Shown here: piece after piece, positions 22,482 to 37,400 of the stretch
Layout of the letters: the number at the start of each line of letters is the position of its first letter
How positions within the stretch are numbered: the stretch's first letter is position 1
Assembly (NCBI GenBank): GCA_049840735.1
Contig: JASGJN010000017.1
Span: 352,001 to 416,000 of the forward strand
Source: Anaeromyxobacter sp.
GTDB taxonomy: Bacteria; Myxococcota; Myxococcia; Myxococcales; Anaeromyxobacteraceae
DNA: 64,000 nt
Direction: 5' to 3'
Program-made: the position numbers and the translations under genes
The notes under the pieces: model-generated
Told to the model about the DNA's origin: nothing
The model's database searches: none
Seen by the model: the letters and a program-made list of their open reading frames with translations, nothing else

Positions 22482-25400
22482 ACGCTACCCTGGGAAGGGG
22501 AAGACGCCGCGGGGGCGGCGGGACAGGAAGCCGCGGCTGGGGACCAGAAGGGCCAGGCACTGGGGAGGGCCGCGGCCGGAGCGGAATCACATTTGAATCA
22601 TCTCGCGGCGCACTAGGAGCCCTGGGAATTGGGGTCTTGAGATCCTGAACGCCACGCCAGGCGGTAAGCAAGTTGTATATCTGGGCCACCAAATCGATCG
22701 CGGTGCTCGCAGCATCTCTATACCCCATCGACGCCCATCGCGCCTCAGCCCCAAACGTCGCCTCCTTCGCCACCTCCGCCGCCCACGGCCTCGCTTCGGT
22801 GGAAGTAACGAAGTGCCATGCGACCGGCTTGCCGCCGTACCTGGGCAGCGGCGCTAGATCCCGGCCAGGCGCCACCTTATCCCAAGACCAGCCGGCCGCA
22901 TGGTCCCCCGCCGCCTGCTTCCTGAGATCCGCCCTTAGCCAAGCGTACTGCGCAGCCCCCTCGTCGGTGGTGCGCCACGTGAGGAGCAAGAAGGATTTCG
23001 GGTCCCGGGGATCCGGAATTAGCTTGTCACCATCGAATGACCCCACGGGAGCACCGCGATACTCGATTCCCTCATAGGCGCCCCTATTTAGCCCACGGAG
23101 ATAGATGCGCTCCTCCCGCTTGGCGAGCTCCCGATAGTACGCCGACCGCTCAGGAGTATTGCCGGCCGGCTTAATCTCCATGCCGTCCATCTCAGAGCTG
23201 TTAGTAATGTCGGGTTTCATGTCCTTCTCAAAGTCCAACAACGAATCAGGATCGCCGGTTCGAGAGCGCTCTAGAATATAGGGAATGCGGTAATGATTGG
23301 CATAGATCTTCTCTCCGATTCTACCCAAGTCCGCCGCATAGGTGATTCCGATAATCTCGTGTGCGGCGAGGCCAAGCCAAAGCTGCTCAGCGCTCATCCC
23401 CGGCTCACCAAAGTCGTACGGATCGATGCCGAGAGCTTTTGCGCGCGCAAAGATCTCGTCTAGGGTGAGATTGCTGGGAGGAACTCCACCCGCGACCTGC
23501 AGCAACCCCGGGGCCACCGGCCCGGCCAGAACGGCTGGAGACACGACGCCCGCCGCCCCTGCTCTGGGCATCCCAGACATGAGGCTGCCCCGGGAGTCTA
23601 CCAGGGCACCACCATAGAACCCCCGGATGTCACCATCGGCATAGTAGTCGGACTCCTCAGCGCCGCCTGGAGCGTCGACAACTTGCCCGCCATACGCGGG
23701 ACTTCTCCCTACACCCGGAGCCCCCCCAGGCCCTGGCAAAGGCTTCTGGCCGTGAATGGCATTCTGTACGAAGCCGCCGAGTTTGTTGAATAGCCACTCC
23801 GGCCCTCCGGAGTGCTGCAGCGCGTTGACGGTAGCGCTGGCGAGCGCGTTTCCGAACGAATCGGTCGCGACCTGCTTGATGTTCACGCGGCCATTTACGA
23901 CCATTGAAACAGCGCTCTGACGAATGACGCCGTTCATGGCCTCACGGAGCACCGTCTCCCCCGCGCCCACCAACTGGTTCCCGCGAATGAGCGAATTGTC
24001 CGAGTGCCCGAGGTTTGACAGCGCCCCGCCATAGAACACCTTGTCCGCTGCAGTGTTAAGCCCCGCAGACAAACTGGCCATCGCCATCGATTTCCAGCTG
24101 AACTTGTCCTGCGTGCCCACCAGGATAGCAATGCCCTGCGACGCGGCGTTCTGAGCCGCAGCATTCAAGGCTGCTGCCCCAACCCGCAATGCGGTGTTCT
24201 GGATGCCGGAGATAGCTCCACTGCCCGCTCCAAGCACAGACGTGGCGGCGGCGACAGCAACCTGCTTCCAGCTGAAGCTCTCCTGCATGCCCATGGCCAT
24301 TCCGACGAGCTGACCGGCAGCGGATCCCACAGCGGCACCGATGGCACCTGCGACCGTGCTAGCCGCGAAGCCCACGCTGAGGGCCCCCATCGCCGGTCCG
24401 AGCACCGCCAGTGCAGCCCCGGCGGTGAAGTACGCGGCCACCGCGGTGACCACGATCACCATGATCATCCCGATGACGCCGCACCCCTTGTTGGCGGGCA
24501 TCGGGATGTTCGGCGTGGTGCTGCCGACGATCCGGGACTGGTCGTAGGGTTGGTACGTGTCGGCGGTGTTCTTGGAGCCGATCGCGCCGTTCGGGATGAC
24601 CAGGGTCTGGCCGACGCGCAGGTCTGCGTCGGTGCGCAGGCCGTTGGCGTCGGCGATCAGGTACCAGAGGCTCGAGTCGCCGTAGGACGACTGGGCGATG
24701 GACTTGAGCGTGTCGCCCGCGCGCACGGGGTACTGGCCCACGGCGGCGGATGGGTAGGCGTTGGTGATGGGCCGGTAGGTGAGGCCGAAGTTGCCCTGCG
24801 CGACGTAATTCGGGTCGCCGTTGTCCTTGTTCTGCTTGTTCGGATCGGTGCCCTCCCCGTACACGCCCATCACGTTGCCGTTGACCACCAGCTCGCGGAG
24901 GATGCGCTCCTCCTGGACCTTCTGCAGGACGTGGCCATCGGCGTCGTTGATGAAGCTGCGGTCGTAGGCGTTCTTGGTCGAGTCGTCGAGGCCGATCAGG
25001 AAGCCGTTCCCGTCATAGGTCTCGGTGGTGGTGCCCTTGTTGCCGGCGTCGTCCTCGCGGTAGGCGACGACCTTGGCTTCCTTGTAGCCCTCCAGCTTCG
25101 CGAAGCTGACCTCGAAGACCTGCTTGGCGCCGCTCGAGCCCTTGCTGGTGTAGTTCTTGACGTTGCCGGCGGCGTCGTAGCCGGCCCCGTCGGTCCAGAC
25201 GCCATTGACCTTGGCCTCGTAGCGCGTCTCGTTGTCGAAGGCCCCGTTGGCCTTCATCACCTTCATCGACTTGACGCGCCCGTTCTCGTCGTAGCGGGTC
25301 ACGCGGTTGCGGGCGCCATTCGCCTCGGCGTCGTTTGCCACCAGGGCCGTGCGGTAGCCGGGCGCAACATCGTCGCTGGTGCCAACCTTCACCACCCGCG

Positions 25401-28400
25401 AGGCGCGGTCGTAGAGCCGCTCGTCCAGCTTGAGCGCAAGATCCTCGCTGAGTGCATTCCAGTTCTCGTCGAAGACACCGGTCTTCACCGAGGAGAGCCG
25501 GTTCAGGGCGTCGTAGGTGTAGTACTCGTAGTTGACGCCCTCGCGCGCGGAGTAGGTCACGTAGGTCATGTCCGAGCCGTAGAACGGGCCAACCAGGCTC
25601 GTCGTGACCTGCTTGCCCCAGGACACGTCCTTGATGCGGTTACCGTTCTTGTCGTAGGCGAGGATGTGGCCCTGGTCCTTGGTGATGTTGGCCAGGTCGC
25701 CGGCGTCGCCGTTGACCGCGCCGTCCACCAGGATCTGGCGGTTCATGGCGTCGAAGGCGAAGAACTGGTTCTTGGTGCTCGCCTTGGTGTCGTAGACGGT
25801 GTGGGTGCCGATGACCGGCGCGCCGTAGGCGCCGACCGGGCCGTAGTCGGTGACCACCCGCCGGGTCTGCGCCTGGTAGGTGGTCAGCTGGTGGATGCGG
25901 TTGCCGACGGCGTCGTACTCGAACAGCACCGAGACGCCGTCCATGGCCTCCACGGTCGCGAGTCGGCCCAGCGTGTCGTAGCCGAGCCGCTGGTTCTGGT
26001 AGGTGACGGCGTCGGTGGGTAGCGCCTCGTTGGCCTGGATGCCGACACCCGAGGCCAAGCCGCTGACCGGCGTGCCCTGGGTGGTCTGCTCGAGGATCCG
26101 CTTTCCGCCGTAGTTGCAGGCGTAGACGGTGCGCTGGCCGATGGCCCGGTCGCGGATTCGACCAGCTGACCGGCCGCGTCGTAGGCGTAGCCGAGGTTCT
26201 GGGCGGAGCGCTCGGTCGTGGCGCTGCTCCACTTGGCAACGAGCTGGTTGGCCTTGTCGTAGGCGAAGAAGGTCTCGGTGCCGCCGATATCCTTGTGGGA
26301 CTTGAGCTGGCCCTTCACGAAGGTCCAGGTGGCAACGGCGCCGTTGGCGTCCTTGTCCCCCACCTGGCGGCCGGCCTCGTCGTAAACCTGCTCGCTCTTC
26401 TGGCCCCCGGGCTGCTCGGTGGCGATCAGGTTTCCGCGGAGGTCGTAGGTGTACTCGACGCGCTCGGCGTTCGGGTTCACCTGGGCGATCTTCCGCCCGG
26501 CCTGGTCGTACTCCATGGTGGTCGTGAGCTCGACCTTGCCGGCGACGGCCTCCGGAACCAGCGTGACGGCGTACTGGTCGCTGACTGTGTAGGCAGCCAC
26601 GCCGTCGCTCTTGATGCTGATGTTCCGCCCCAGTTTGTCGAAGCCGTACCGGGTGGTGTGACCCTCGGCGTCCTCGACCTGGACTTGGTTACCGAAGGCG
26701 TCGAAGGAGCGGGTGATCTCGCCGCCGTCGGCGTGGATCTCGCGCGTCAACTGGCCACCCTCGTCCCAGACCTGCTGGTTGAGGTTGCCGTTGGCGTCCC
26801 GGTTGCCGATCTCGCGCCCCAGCTCATCGTAGGAGCTGAACGACGTCGGTCCGCTCGCCCCGCCGTTCAGATCCGGCTGGGTCCGCTTCAGCAGCTTGTT
26901 CTGCGCGTTGTACTGGAACAGCGTGAGCCAGCCGCTGTTCCGGGCGTCGCTCTGGCTGGTGATGTTGCCCCAGCGGTCGAAGACCTGGTTCACCTCCGGC
27001 CGGATCGCCTGGGCGTCGGTCGAGTCCTGCCGCCACGGGAGCAGCTGCTTGGTCGCCCGCCCCAGCGCGTCCACCACGAACTCGGTGCGCCGGACGCCGC
27101 CCGTCTTGGCATCGAGCGTGTCCACGGCCGCTGCGGTGCTGTAGGCCGACAGGGACAGATCCAGCGCGCCTGCGCTGGAGATCTCGGCGGTCTTGTTGCC
27201 CAGCAGGTCGTACAGCGTGACCTTGATGGTCCCCTCACCCGAGCTGGTCCGCCACTGGCGCCCGGCCCCGTCGTAGTCGAAGGTCTCGACCTCCGACGCC
27301 GTCGTGCGGGAGGTCATCTCCCCGAAGGCGTTGTAGACCATCGTGCAGACGACCTCGACCGGCGAGGTCACGGGATCGACGATCGCTCCACCGTACTGGT
27401 TGACCCCGAGCTTGGTGGCCAGCCCCGGCGTGATGATGCGCTTCTGCTGGCCGAGGGCGTCGTACTCGAACCGCGTGAAGAGCGTCCGGTTGATGTGGTC
27501 GTTGCCGGTCACGGTCTGCGACTGGCTGAGCGCGTGGCCAGCCTTGTCGTAGGTCATGGAGTGCGAGTACCCCATGGCGTCCTTGACCTGGACGGCGTTT
27601 CCGGCCCGGTTGTACCGGGTGATGGTCTTCCGCTCCTCGCCAGCGACGGCCTCGCCGGTCTCGAGATTCGAGGCGCCGCCTGCCCACTCGTGCTGCACGG
27701 TGACATTGCCGAACGCGTCGCGCTCATACGTGGTCAGCGGGGCGAGGGCCGAGTTGTCCGCCGTGCTGGTGCGCGTCGGGGCCACCACCGCCTGGGTCCG
27801 GCCCAGCGCGTCGTAGATGGACCGGGTCACCTTCCCCAGGGCGTCGGTGGTGAGGGTCAGGTTCCCAACGCCATCGTAGGCGTAGCGGGTGGTGAGGTCT
27901 TTCTTGACCCCTAGCTTGGGATCAACGCTCAGCACCACGTCCTTGAGCGTCTCGGCCACCTTGCGGTTGAGGAGGTCGTACTCGTACGCCACGACCCGAT
28001 CGTCGGCCGAGGTCGTGGTGGACGTGAGGGTCTGGTTCGGTGTGGCGTACTCGGCCCGCTTGGTCAGGTTGCCGAGCGCGTCGTACTCCTGCACGGTGAG
28101 GTACTTCCCCGGATCGAGCGTCCGCACCTCGCGCCCGAGCCGGTCGTAGAGGTGGCTGGTCGTGACCCAGACCTGCTCCACGCCCGAGTTGTTGACGCTC
28201 TTGAGGGCGCGGACCTCGGAGACCTGCCCGAAGGCGTCGTAGGTGGTCTGCGTCTTCGCCCGCGCGCTCACGTGACCATAGGTGTCGCTCACCCAGGCCG
28301 AAGGCTGGCGCACCTCGGTCGCCCGGCCGAGCCGGTCGTAGTCGGTCTCGACCACGCGGTCGTCGGTGTGGGACTTGGGGGTGATCAGGTCCCTTACCGT

Positions 28401-31400
28401 CGTCGTGGTCGGCCAGGTGCCGTCCGCGATCGGAAGCCCGCTCTTGATGTCGGCCGCGTAGCGGGTGAGCTTCAGCGCTTCGCCGAAGGCGTTCCGCTCG
28501 TAGCCGGTGACGTACCCGGCCGCGTCCACCTCGTAACGGACCCGCCCGGCCTTGTCGTAGGCCTTGAACGCCTTGTTCCCGAGCACGTCGCGGTTGGCGA
28601 CGGCGTTGCCGAACACGTCGTACCAGACCTGCGTAAAGGTCTCGGTCCCGTCGTCGGTGGGCAGGCTGGTCCGGACCTGCCGGCCCATGGAGTCGTACTG
28701 GTAGCTCGTGATCCGCTGGTCGCTGCGGTCGGCCGCCTCGGTCCGGGTGAGCACGTTGCCCAGCCCGTCGTAGGTCATCCGCGTGGCCAGGCGCTCGTTC
28801 TTCTGCTCCACGTTCAGCTGGGCGTCGACGTACGTCAGCTGCACGGCGGGATCGAGCTGCTCCGTGAGCCGCCCGGCCGCGTCGTACGTGTAGTCCCAGA
28901 CGACGTTGTTCTTGTTCGTGTACCGGATCTTGCTGCCGACCGCGTCGTACTCGAACTTCTCGGTCTGGAGCAGCGCATCCCTGGAGAGCACCACGCGCCC
29001 CGAGGCGTCGTACTCGTAGCTGTCGGTCCGGTCGGCAGCCGGCGACTCCACCACCGCGCGCCAGATCTGGACCGCGCCCGCGCCGATGGACAGGCCGGAG
29101 AGGACCGGCGTGGCGTAGGACGTGGTCCGCGTGACCCGGCCGGCGCCGTCGTACTCGGTCCCCTTCACGCCGCCCTGGGCATCCACCGTGTAGCGCTGAC
29201 GGCCCGCGGCGTCGTACGCGACCAACGTGATCCGATCGTTGTTCGCATCCGCTGCCGGCAGTCCGCTGCGCACCCCGAGCGCGCTGATGGTCGGCGCGGT
29301 GTCGGGCGTGATCCTGTTGGCATATGCCGTGGTGCCGATCACGTGGCCCGCGCCGTCGTAGGTCCGCTCGACCACCGCCCCGATCCCGTCGACGCTGAAG
29401 ACCAGCCTGTTGGCGCTGTCATAGACGGCGCGAGTGATCCGGTCGCTGCCAGCGGTCACCACCGGCGTGAACCCGGAGGCCACGCCGGTCCATCCGCTGA
29501 CCACGGACAGCGGATCCTGGGCATAGGCGTAGGCGATGCTCCGGATGACGTTCCCGGCGGCGTCGTACTCCTGCTTGGTGATGCCGCCTGCGGCGTTCAG
29601 CTGGTACACGAGCCGGTTGGCCGTGTCGTAGGCGAAAAGCGTGACGCGGTCATCCGCGGTGAACGAGAGCACCTTGTCCACCGCGTCGGTGGACAGCAGC
29701 GCGGTGGCATAGGCCACCTGCTTGATCACGGCGCCATTCGCGCCGAAGGTCCGGTCGATGACTCCGCCGGCGCCGTCGATGGTGCGGCGCACGCGGCCCG
29801 CGCGGTCGCCCACCTGGCGGGTGGTCACGCCGGCGCGCGTCGTGTTGAGCCAGGTGTCCAGGTCGGTCTTGAGCGCCGCTCCGGTGGCCGTGGGCGAAAG
29901 GCCTTCCGGACGCTCCTTGTAAGCCACGTTCGTGGTCACGCTGCCGACGGTGGCGTTCACGTTAGCGTCGTAGATGAACTTCACCACCGCATTCGTGCCG
30001 TCTACCGTGTAGATCACCCGGTTGAGCGCGTCATAGACGGTACGGACACGCTGGTCGACGTCGGTGCCCTCGGGCCTGGCAAGCGGGTGAAGCGGATCCG
30101 GAGCCCAGGTCGGCTGCTTCTTGGCGTAGGTGCGGCGATCCACGACGTTGCCTGAGCCGTCGTAGGTCAGCTCGGTGATGCCGCCCAGGGCATCGATGGT
30201 GTACTGCAGCTGCCCGTCCGAGTTGTAGAAGCGGCTCTCCACCATGTTGGGCAGGGCCGCGGTACCCGGCTTCAGCCGATTGGTGATCTCGGTCCGCTTC
30301 GCCGCGCCGTCCGTGATCGCATCAAGCCCCTTGGTTTCGATGGGCGTGGCGTAGGTGGTGACCTGGGTGACCCGGCCATCCTTGTCGTAGGCCGTCTGCT
30401 GCACGCCGCCCGCCGGATCGACGGTGAAGGCCAGCCGGTTGGCCTCGTCGTACGCCATCCGCGTGACGTTGCCGTTGCCGTCGGTCCGGCGGACCACGTT
30501 TCCATTCTTGTCGTAGGCGAAGGCCTGGGTGAGCTTGAGCCCGTCCGGATCCACCACCGTCGCGACTCGCCGGCCCAGGGCATCGTACTGGTGCTCGGTG
30601 GTGGTCCCGCCGACGACCGTCACGCGCAGCGTGCGGCCAGCCAGGTCGTAGCTGTAGCGCGTGGTGATGCCGTTCTGGGTGACCTCCGTCACCTGCCCCT
30701 TGGCGTCGTACTTGGTGCTGGTGTTCTCGCCGGGGCCGGTGACGCAGGTGGTCTGCCCCTTGGCGTCGAAGCCGTACGTCGTGACGAGGTTGAGGCCGCC
30801 GGTCCCCGGATCCACGGTGCGGGTGCAGACACGGTTGACGGCGTCATAGCCGTACTCGACCACGTTCCGATTGAGATCATAGGTCCGGAGCAGCCGGCCG
30901 TGATCGTAGGTCCGCTCCTCCACCAGCGTGCCGCCGGCGAAGGACTTGGTCAGGTTGCCGTTGACGTCGTACTGCGACGTCCGCAGCAGCTCCTGCACGC
31001 CCCCCTTGCTGGTCGACACCTCGACGGTCGCGCCGAAGCGGTCGTGGGTGGTCTTGATGGCCACGTTCTCGGGCGTGGTCATGGTCACCGACCGGCCCGC
31101 CGTGTCGTAGGTGTACACGGTGGCCGGGTGGCCGGCCGCGTCGAACTGCTTGAGCACGCGGCTGAACGCGTCGTACTCGGTGACCCGCCTGTTGGTCAGC
31201 GGGTCGATGCTCTCGACCACCCGCCCGAGCTGGTCGTAGGTCTGCTTCCACTCTCCACCGTTCGCATCGACGGTGCGAATCAGTCGGCCGAACGCGTCGT
31301 ACTGCTTGGCGGTCTTGACCGCGAGACCGCCCACGTCGGCGACCGTCGAGGTCTGCTGACCGCGCCGGTCGTAGAAGATCGCGCTCACGACCTCCTTCCC

Positions 31401-34400
31401 GGCGAGATCGAGCTTCTGCACGGTGCGGACGGCCTGCCCGAAGGCGTCGTAGCTGGTGCGGACCCCGCCCCCGTAGGCGTCGATGGCTGCGTTCTGGCTG
31501 CCGCGGGCGTCGTACTGGAAGGTGGTGCGCTGGTTGAGGACCTGCTCGGACGCGTCGCCGCGCGCGCTGTCCAGCTTGGCCAGCGCGTCGCTGGTGAGCA
31601 CCCCGCCCGCCAGCGAGCCGAGATCGCTGGCCAGGATCGCCTTGGCGAAGCGGTTGGTGCTGAGCGCGTGGCCCAGGGCGGCGTAGGTGGTCTCGGCCAC
31701 CTCACCGGCAGCGTCCACCGTGAACCGGAGCCGCCCGGCCTCGTCGTAGAAGAAGACGGTCCGATGGCTGAAGACGTCGGTGGTCGCGACCTTGCGGCCG
31801 GCGGCGTCGTAGGTGTGCCGCACGGCGTACAGGGCCCAGGCAGCGGCCTCGGTCAGCTCACCCGACACGACCTTGGCGGCGCCCTCGGGCAGCAGCTCCG
31901 CGGTCACCCGGCCCAGGGCGTCGTACTGCGTCCGGAGGACCCGCTGGTCGGCCGTGCTCGCGGCCACCGTCTTGCGGACCAGGTTCCAGGCCTGGTCGTA
32001 GTCGTAGGTGGTGGAGGTCCCCTCGACGTTGACCTCGCTGCGCAGGTGACCGAGGCCATCCCAGTCGGCGGTGGAGGTCTGCACCTCCCCGCTGAAGCCG
32101 GTCTTGAGGGTGGCCAGGCTGGTCGTGGCCGTGATGGTCACGTTGGCCGCCACGGCGCTGGCGTAGCGCGTGGTCTGCACCAGCTTGCCGTTCGCGTCGT
32201 AGGCGAGCTCGGTCAGGTAGCGCTTGGGATCGACCTCGGCCACCTTCTGACCGCGCGCGTCGTAGTAGGTGAACGTGACCAGATCGTCCGTAGCGACGGA
32301 CGCAGGGCGAAGGCCAGTCAGATCGCCCGTGGACCGGGCTGTGGCGACCTGGGCGGCGATGCTGGCCGCGTTGATGAAACCGGACACCTTGGTGGCGTAG
32401 GCGGTCGACTGCACCTGGCGTCCGGAGGCGTCGTAGACGAACTCCGTCAGGTAGCCCTCGCCATCGATGGAGGCGCGCAGCAGCCCGTCCCGGTCCAGGA
32501 TGCGGACCGCGGCGCGATCGGTGGCGTCCTGCACCACCTGCACCGCCATGGTGCCGGCGGTCACGGTCTCCACCAGAGCGCCCGAGACCGCAGTGGCGTT
32601 GCTCGAGTCGCCCGCGTACACGGCGGAGAGGCTCTGCGAGCCGGTCGCCAGGGACACCTGGCTCACGGTCAGCGTGGCCACACCGCTCACCAGGCTGGCC
32701 GTTCCGAGCACGGTCGTGCCGCTCAGGAAGGTCACCTTGCCGGTCGGCGAAGTCCCGGTCACGCTCGCGGTCAGCGTGAGCGCCTCGCCCTGGGCAACAG
32801 ACGCCGCCGAGCGGCTGAGCGTCACCGACACCGGGGCAGCCATCACCTTGAGCACGGTGGTGGCCGAGGAGCTGCCCAGGTTGGTCGCATCGCCTCCGTA
32901 CACAGCCTTGAGCGCATGGCCCATCGCCGACAGGTTGCTGACCGTGACCGACGCGACCCCGTTCACCAGGCTCGCGCTCGCGAACGGCGAGTTGCCATCC
33001 CAGAAGAGAATGGTGCCGGTGGCATCCGGGTTCGCGACCTGCGCAGTCAGGACCACCGGCGTTCCGACCGCCACCGAGCCGGCCGGCGAGACCGTGAGCT
33101 TGGTCTCAGGGCCGGCCTTGGTGACGTTGCGCGAGAAGGTGACCGCGCTGGCCGCGTTCTGCCCGTCGCCGGAGTAGGCGGCCGTGAAGGTGCCGGCACC
33201 CGTGGGCAGCGTCACGCCCGTCAGGCTGGCGATCCCGTCCACCACCTGCACCGTCCCAAGCACGGTCGAGCCCAGGAGGAACGTGACCGTGCCGGTGGGC
33301 TTGGTGCCCTGGACCTGGACCTCGAGCGGCCCGCAGCAGGAGACATCGCCCGTTGCCAGCGCAGTGACGCTGCTGGCCGGCCGCTCCATGAAGACGGTGA
33401 CCGCGCCGGACGCCGCCGACGCGTTATCCCGATCGTCAGCCTGGTAGGTGGCCGTGAGCGACAGGCTGCCCGCGCCGAGCTGCGTCGTGGTGAGCGTGGC
33501 CACTCCGTTGACCGTGTCCACCGTGCCGATCGCGTTGCCCCCGGCGTAGAAGGTCACCTTGCCGGTGGGGTTGACGGCGCCGGACACGCGCGCGGTCAGG
33601 GTGACCTGGGCGCCGACCAGCGCGTTCCGCGTCGAGGCGGTCAGCGTGGTCGTGGGGGTGGCGGCCTGCACGGTGACCGTCTTGGCGGCGGCCGCGCTGG
33701 TCTTGTTGGCCGTGTCTCCGGAGTAGACCGCCGTGATGGATTGCGTGCCCTTGGTGAGGGTCGAGACGGTCAGCACCGCCTGGCCGCTGACCAGGTCGGC
33801 GCTGCCGATGGCCACGCCGCCGGTAAAGAAGGTCACGGTGCCGGTGGGGGTGGTCCCGGCCACGGCGGCCGTCAGGGTCACGGGGTTGCCGGCCTGGACC
33901 GAGGTCGCGCTGACGGTCAGCGTGGTGGTGCTGGCCGGCAGGACCGCGTTGACCGTGACGGACACCTCGGCCGAGGTGCTCGAGGCGTTGACGGTGTTGC
34001 CCGCGTACTTGGCAGTCAGCTTGAACGTGCCCGCCGCGAGCGAGCTGGTGGTGAGCGTCGCCACGCCACCCGAGATGGTACCGGTCCCGATGGAGGCACC
34101 ATCCCGGTAGAACGTGACCGTTCCGGAGGGCTCGAACCCCGTCACCTGCGCGACCAGGGTCACGGAGGCCCCCTGGTCCAGCTTCAGCTTCGAGGCGCCC
34201 ACCTGCACGCGGGTCGGCGTCTTGAGTCCGGTGTCAAGCGCACCCGTGCTGCCAGCGCTGAGCTTGTCGCCCGAGTAGACCGCCAGGAGGTTGCCAAGGC
34301 CGGTGTTGGTGACGGCCAGCTCGGCCTTGCCGTTGATCACCTCGGCGGTGCCGATGAGCTGCATGTTGTCGAAGAAGCTGACCGTGCCGGTGACCACCCG

Positions 34401-37400
34401 GTCGGCATCGACCACGGTCAGCAGCGCGCCGGGAATCACCATGGCCGTCAGCTTCGAGGGGGCCCCCTCGACCCCGCCCGCCGTCAGCGTCACCTCGGTA
34501 CGAGTGACCCCAAGCGTAGGACCGGCCCCGGGAGCGGTGCCGCCGCTCACCGTTATGGTGGAGGTGGTCGAGAAGCTCCCGACGTTGCCCAGGTCACCGG
34601 CGTAGCTGGCCCGGACCGTGATCGGCCCGGTGTTCCCGAACTTGACCGCCAGGGTGGCGACCCCGTTCACGACCGCCGCCGTCCCCAGGACCGTGCTGCC
34701 GGTGAGGAAGGTCACCGTCCCCTGGGGCAACTTCCCCGCCACGCGCGCTGTGAGCGTCACGCTGGCGCCCATGGACGCCGTGGCCGGCGCGGTGAGGGTG
34801 GTGGCCGAGATCACCGGCAGGTCGGACTTGCTGGCCGCGTTGCCGGTGTCCCCCAGGTACTCCGCCCAGAGGCTGCTCGTGCCAGCGTCGGTGGTGAAGC
34901 CGTCCGCACCCACCACCGCGCTGGCCGATGGCGTGAGCGAGCCGACGGTCAGCGTGGCCACGCCGCCGTTCAGCGTACCCGTGCCAATCTGGGTGCTCCC
35001 GTTCCAGAAGCGGACCGTCCCGCTGGGCGCGAGGATCCCCGCTCCCGTCACCCGGGCGGTGAGCCGCAGGGGGAGCGCCGCCGTGCTGGTGGTCGCAGCG
35101 GAGGTGAGCACCAGGCTGGTCGGCGCGGGCTTCACCGTGCCCTCGAGCTTGCCGATCGAGGCCGCGTCCTCGGCGCTCCCGCCGTAGACCGCCGTGATGG
35201 TCCCATCGCTCGCGGTCAGCTCCGTGGCAAGCGTGGCCTTGCCGTAGGACAGCGCGGCAGTCCCGATCACCCGCGTGCCGGACAGGAACGTGACGGTCCC
35301 GACCGGCTCGAAATTCTCCCGTCCGCTCACCGTCGCGGTGAGCAGCACGTTCGCGCCGACCACCATTCCCGCTGGAGGCGTGGAGCTCGTCACCACCAGC
35401 GACGTAGCGTGCGGCGCCACGGTGGTCACCTGGGTGACCTCACAGGCCTTGTTCTTCGTGTCGCCGGCGTAGGACGCCTTGAGGGTGACCGCTCCGGCCG
35501 GCAAGGCGGAGGTGACCAGGGTCGCCTGGCCGTTCACGACCGATGCGGTCCCGAGCGAGATGGCCCCAGCGTAGAACGTGACCACACCGCTCGCGTTCAC
35601 CCCGGCGACCGAAGCCGTGAGGGTTGCCTCCTCGCTGAACACCAGACTGGAGATCGTCAGGCTGGCGGTGGTCGTGACCTGCTGCACGGTGACCGACGCG
35701 GTTCCCGCGCTCGAGGTCGTGCTGGTGTCGCCGGAGAAGACAGCGCGCAGCGAGGCGGCTCCCACCGGAAGTGACTTCACCACCAGGGCGGCGGTGGAGC
35801 CGCTCAGCGTGACACTTCCAAGGAGGGTCGAGCCGTTGAAGAAGCTAACGGTCCCCGTGGGCGATCCACCGGTCACCGTGGCGGTGAGTGTCACCGGGGT
35901 CCCGAAGGCCGGCGTGCTGCTGGACACGGACAGGCCGGTCGTGGTGGTGGTGCGCGCCGCCGAGACCGTCACGGCCGCGACGGTGGAGGTGGAGGGCCCG
36001 TTGTTCGAGTCGCCCCCGTAGGTCGCCTTGATCGAGTGGCTGCCCGCCGCCAGGGAGGCGGTGGTGAAGGTGGCCAGCCCGTTGACGATGGTGCCGGTCC
36101 CGAGGGCCGTCGCTCCGTCGTAGAAGGTCACCGTCCCGCCGGGCGTTGCGCCAGTGACCTGGGCCACGAAGGTGGCCGAGCCCGCCGGGATGGTCGCGCC
36201 CGGAATGAAGAGCGTCGTCGCGGTCGCAGCTGTCGTCACGGTCTCCGTGACGGCGGCTGAGGTGCTGTATGCCGCCGAGGCGTCGCCGGAGTAGACCGCC
36301 GTGATGGCGTTGGCTCCCACCGGCAGGTCCGAAAGCGTGAGCGAGGCCTTGTTGCCGGTCCCGACAGTTGCGCTGCCGAGCAGCGTGGTGCCCTTGAAGA
36401 AGGAGACCGTCCCAGTCCGGGTCGTGCCCGATCCGCCCGAGACCGTACCGGTGAGCACGACCGCTGTCCCGCGGGCGGTGGTCGCGCTGGAGAACGTCAG
36501 GACGGTGGTGCTGGCGGCAAGCGAGGAGGTCGGCCAGCTGGTGTTTCCCGGGCCGGGTGAGGTGGCAGAGGCCGCGCTGGAGACGCTGGTGGCGTTGTTC
36601 GCGTCACCTGCGTAGACCGCCGTGTAGGAGACGGCGGTGCCGACGGGGGGGTACACCACCAGCGAGGCGCGCCCACCGCTCACCGTTGCGGTACCGAGCG
36701 CACGCAACCCGGCAAAGAAGGTCACCAGGCCGGTCGGGGAGCTGCCGGTGATGGTTGCCGTGAGCGTGACGTTGTTGGTGTAGGGTCCTCCCGCAACCGC
36801 CGTGAGAGCCGTCGTGGTGGTCCGCGAGATGGTGGGCGTGACGATGTTGGAGGTCGCCTGGGCGTTGTTGGTGTCGCCCAGGTACTTGGCGGTGATTCGC
36901 GGAGCCCCCACCGCGAGCGACGTGACCGTCAGGGCCGCCACCCCGTCCACCACGTCCACTTGCGCGAGCTCGGTGGCGCCCGAGTAGAACGCCACCTTGC
37001 CCGTGGCCAGCGTCGCGCCCGTGGCCTGCGCCAGCTTGGCCGTGAAGGTGATGGCCGAGCCCTGCGCCGCCGCCGTGGCCGAAGACGATAGCGTGACCGT
37101 CACCGGCGCGGTGGTCACCGTCCTGTTGAGCGCCGTGCTGGTGGCGCTCGTGGCGCAGTTGGTGCTGCCGGTGTAGGTGGCCGACAGGGCGTTGCTGCCG
37201 CCAGGCAGGCTCGAGACGGTCAGCGTGGCCAGGCCGTTGCTGATGGTCGCCCGGCCCAGCACCGTGGTGCCGGTGAAGAAGGTCACGGTGCCGGTCGGCA
37301 CCACACCGTTCGTGCCCACCACGGTTGCCGTCAGCGTCACCGAGTTGCCGTGGATGATGCTGGCTGGGGCGCTGAGGGTGGTGGTGGTCGGCGCCGTGGC

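Noticed and set aside
2231..26812. Diversity-generating retroelement (template/variable repeat pair)
   Set aside because: Differences are mostly synonymous and not adenine-restricted, the repeat is about 3 kb, and no reverse transcriptase is present.
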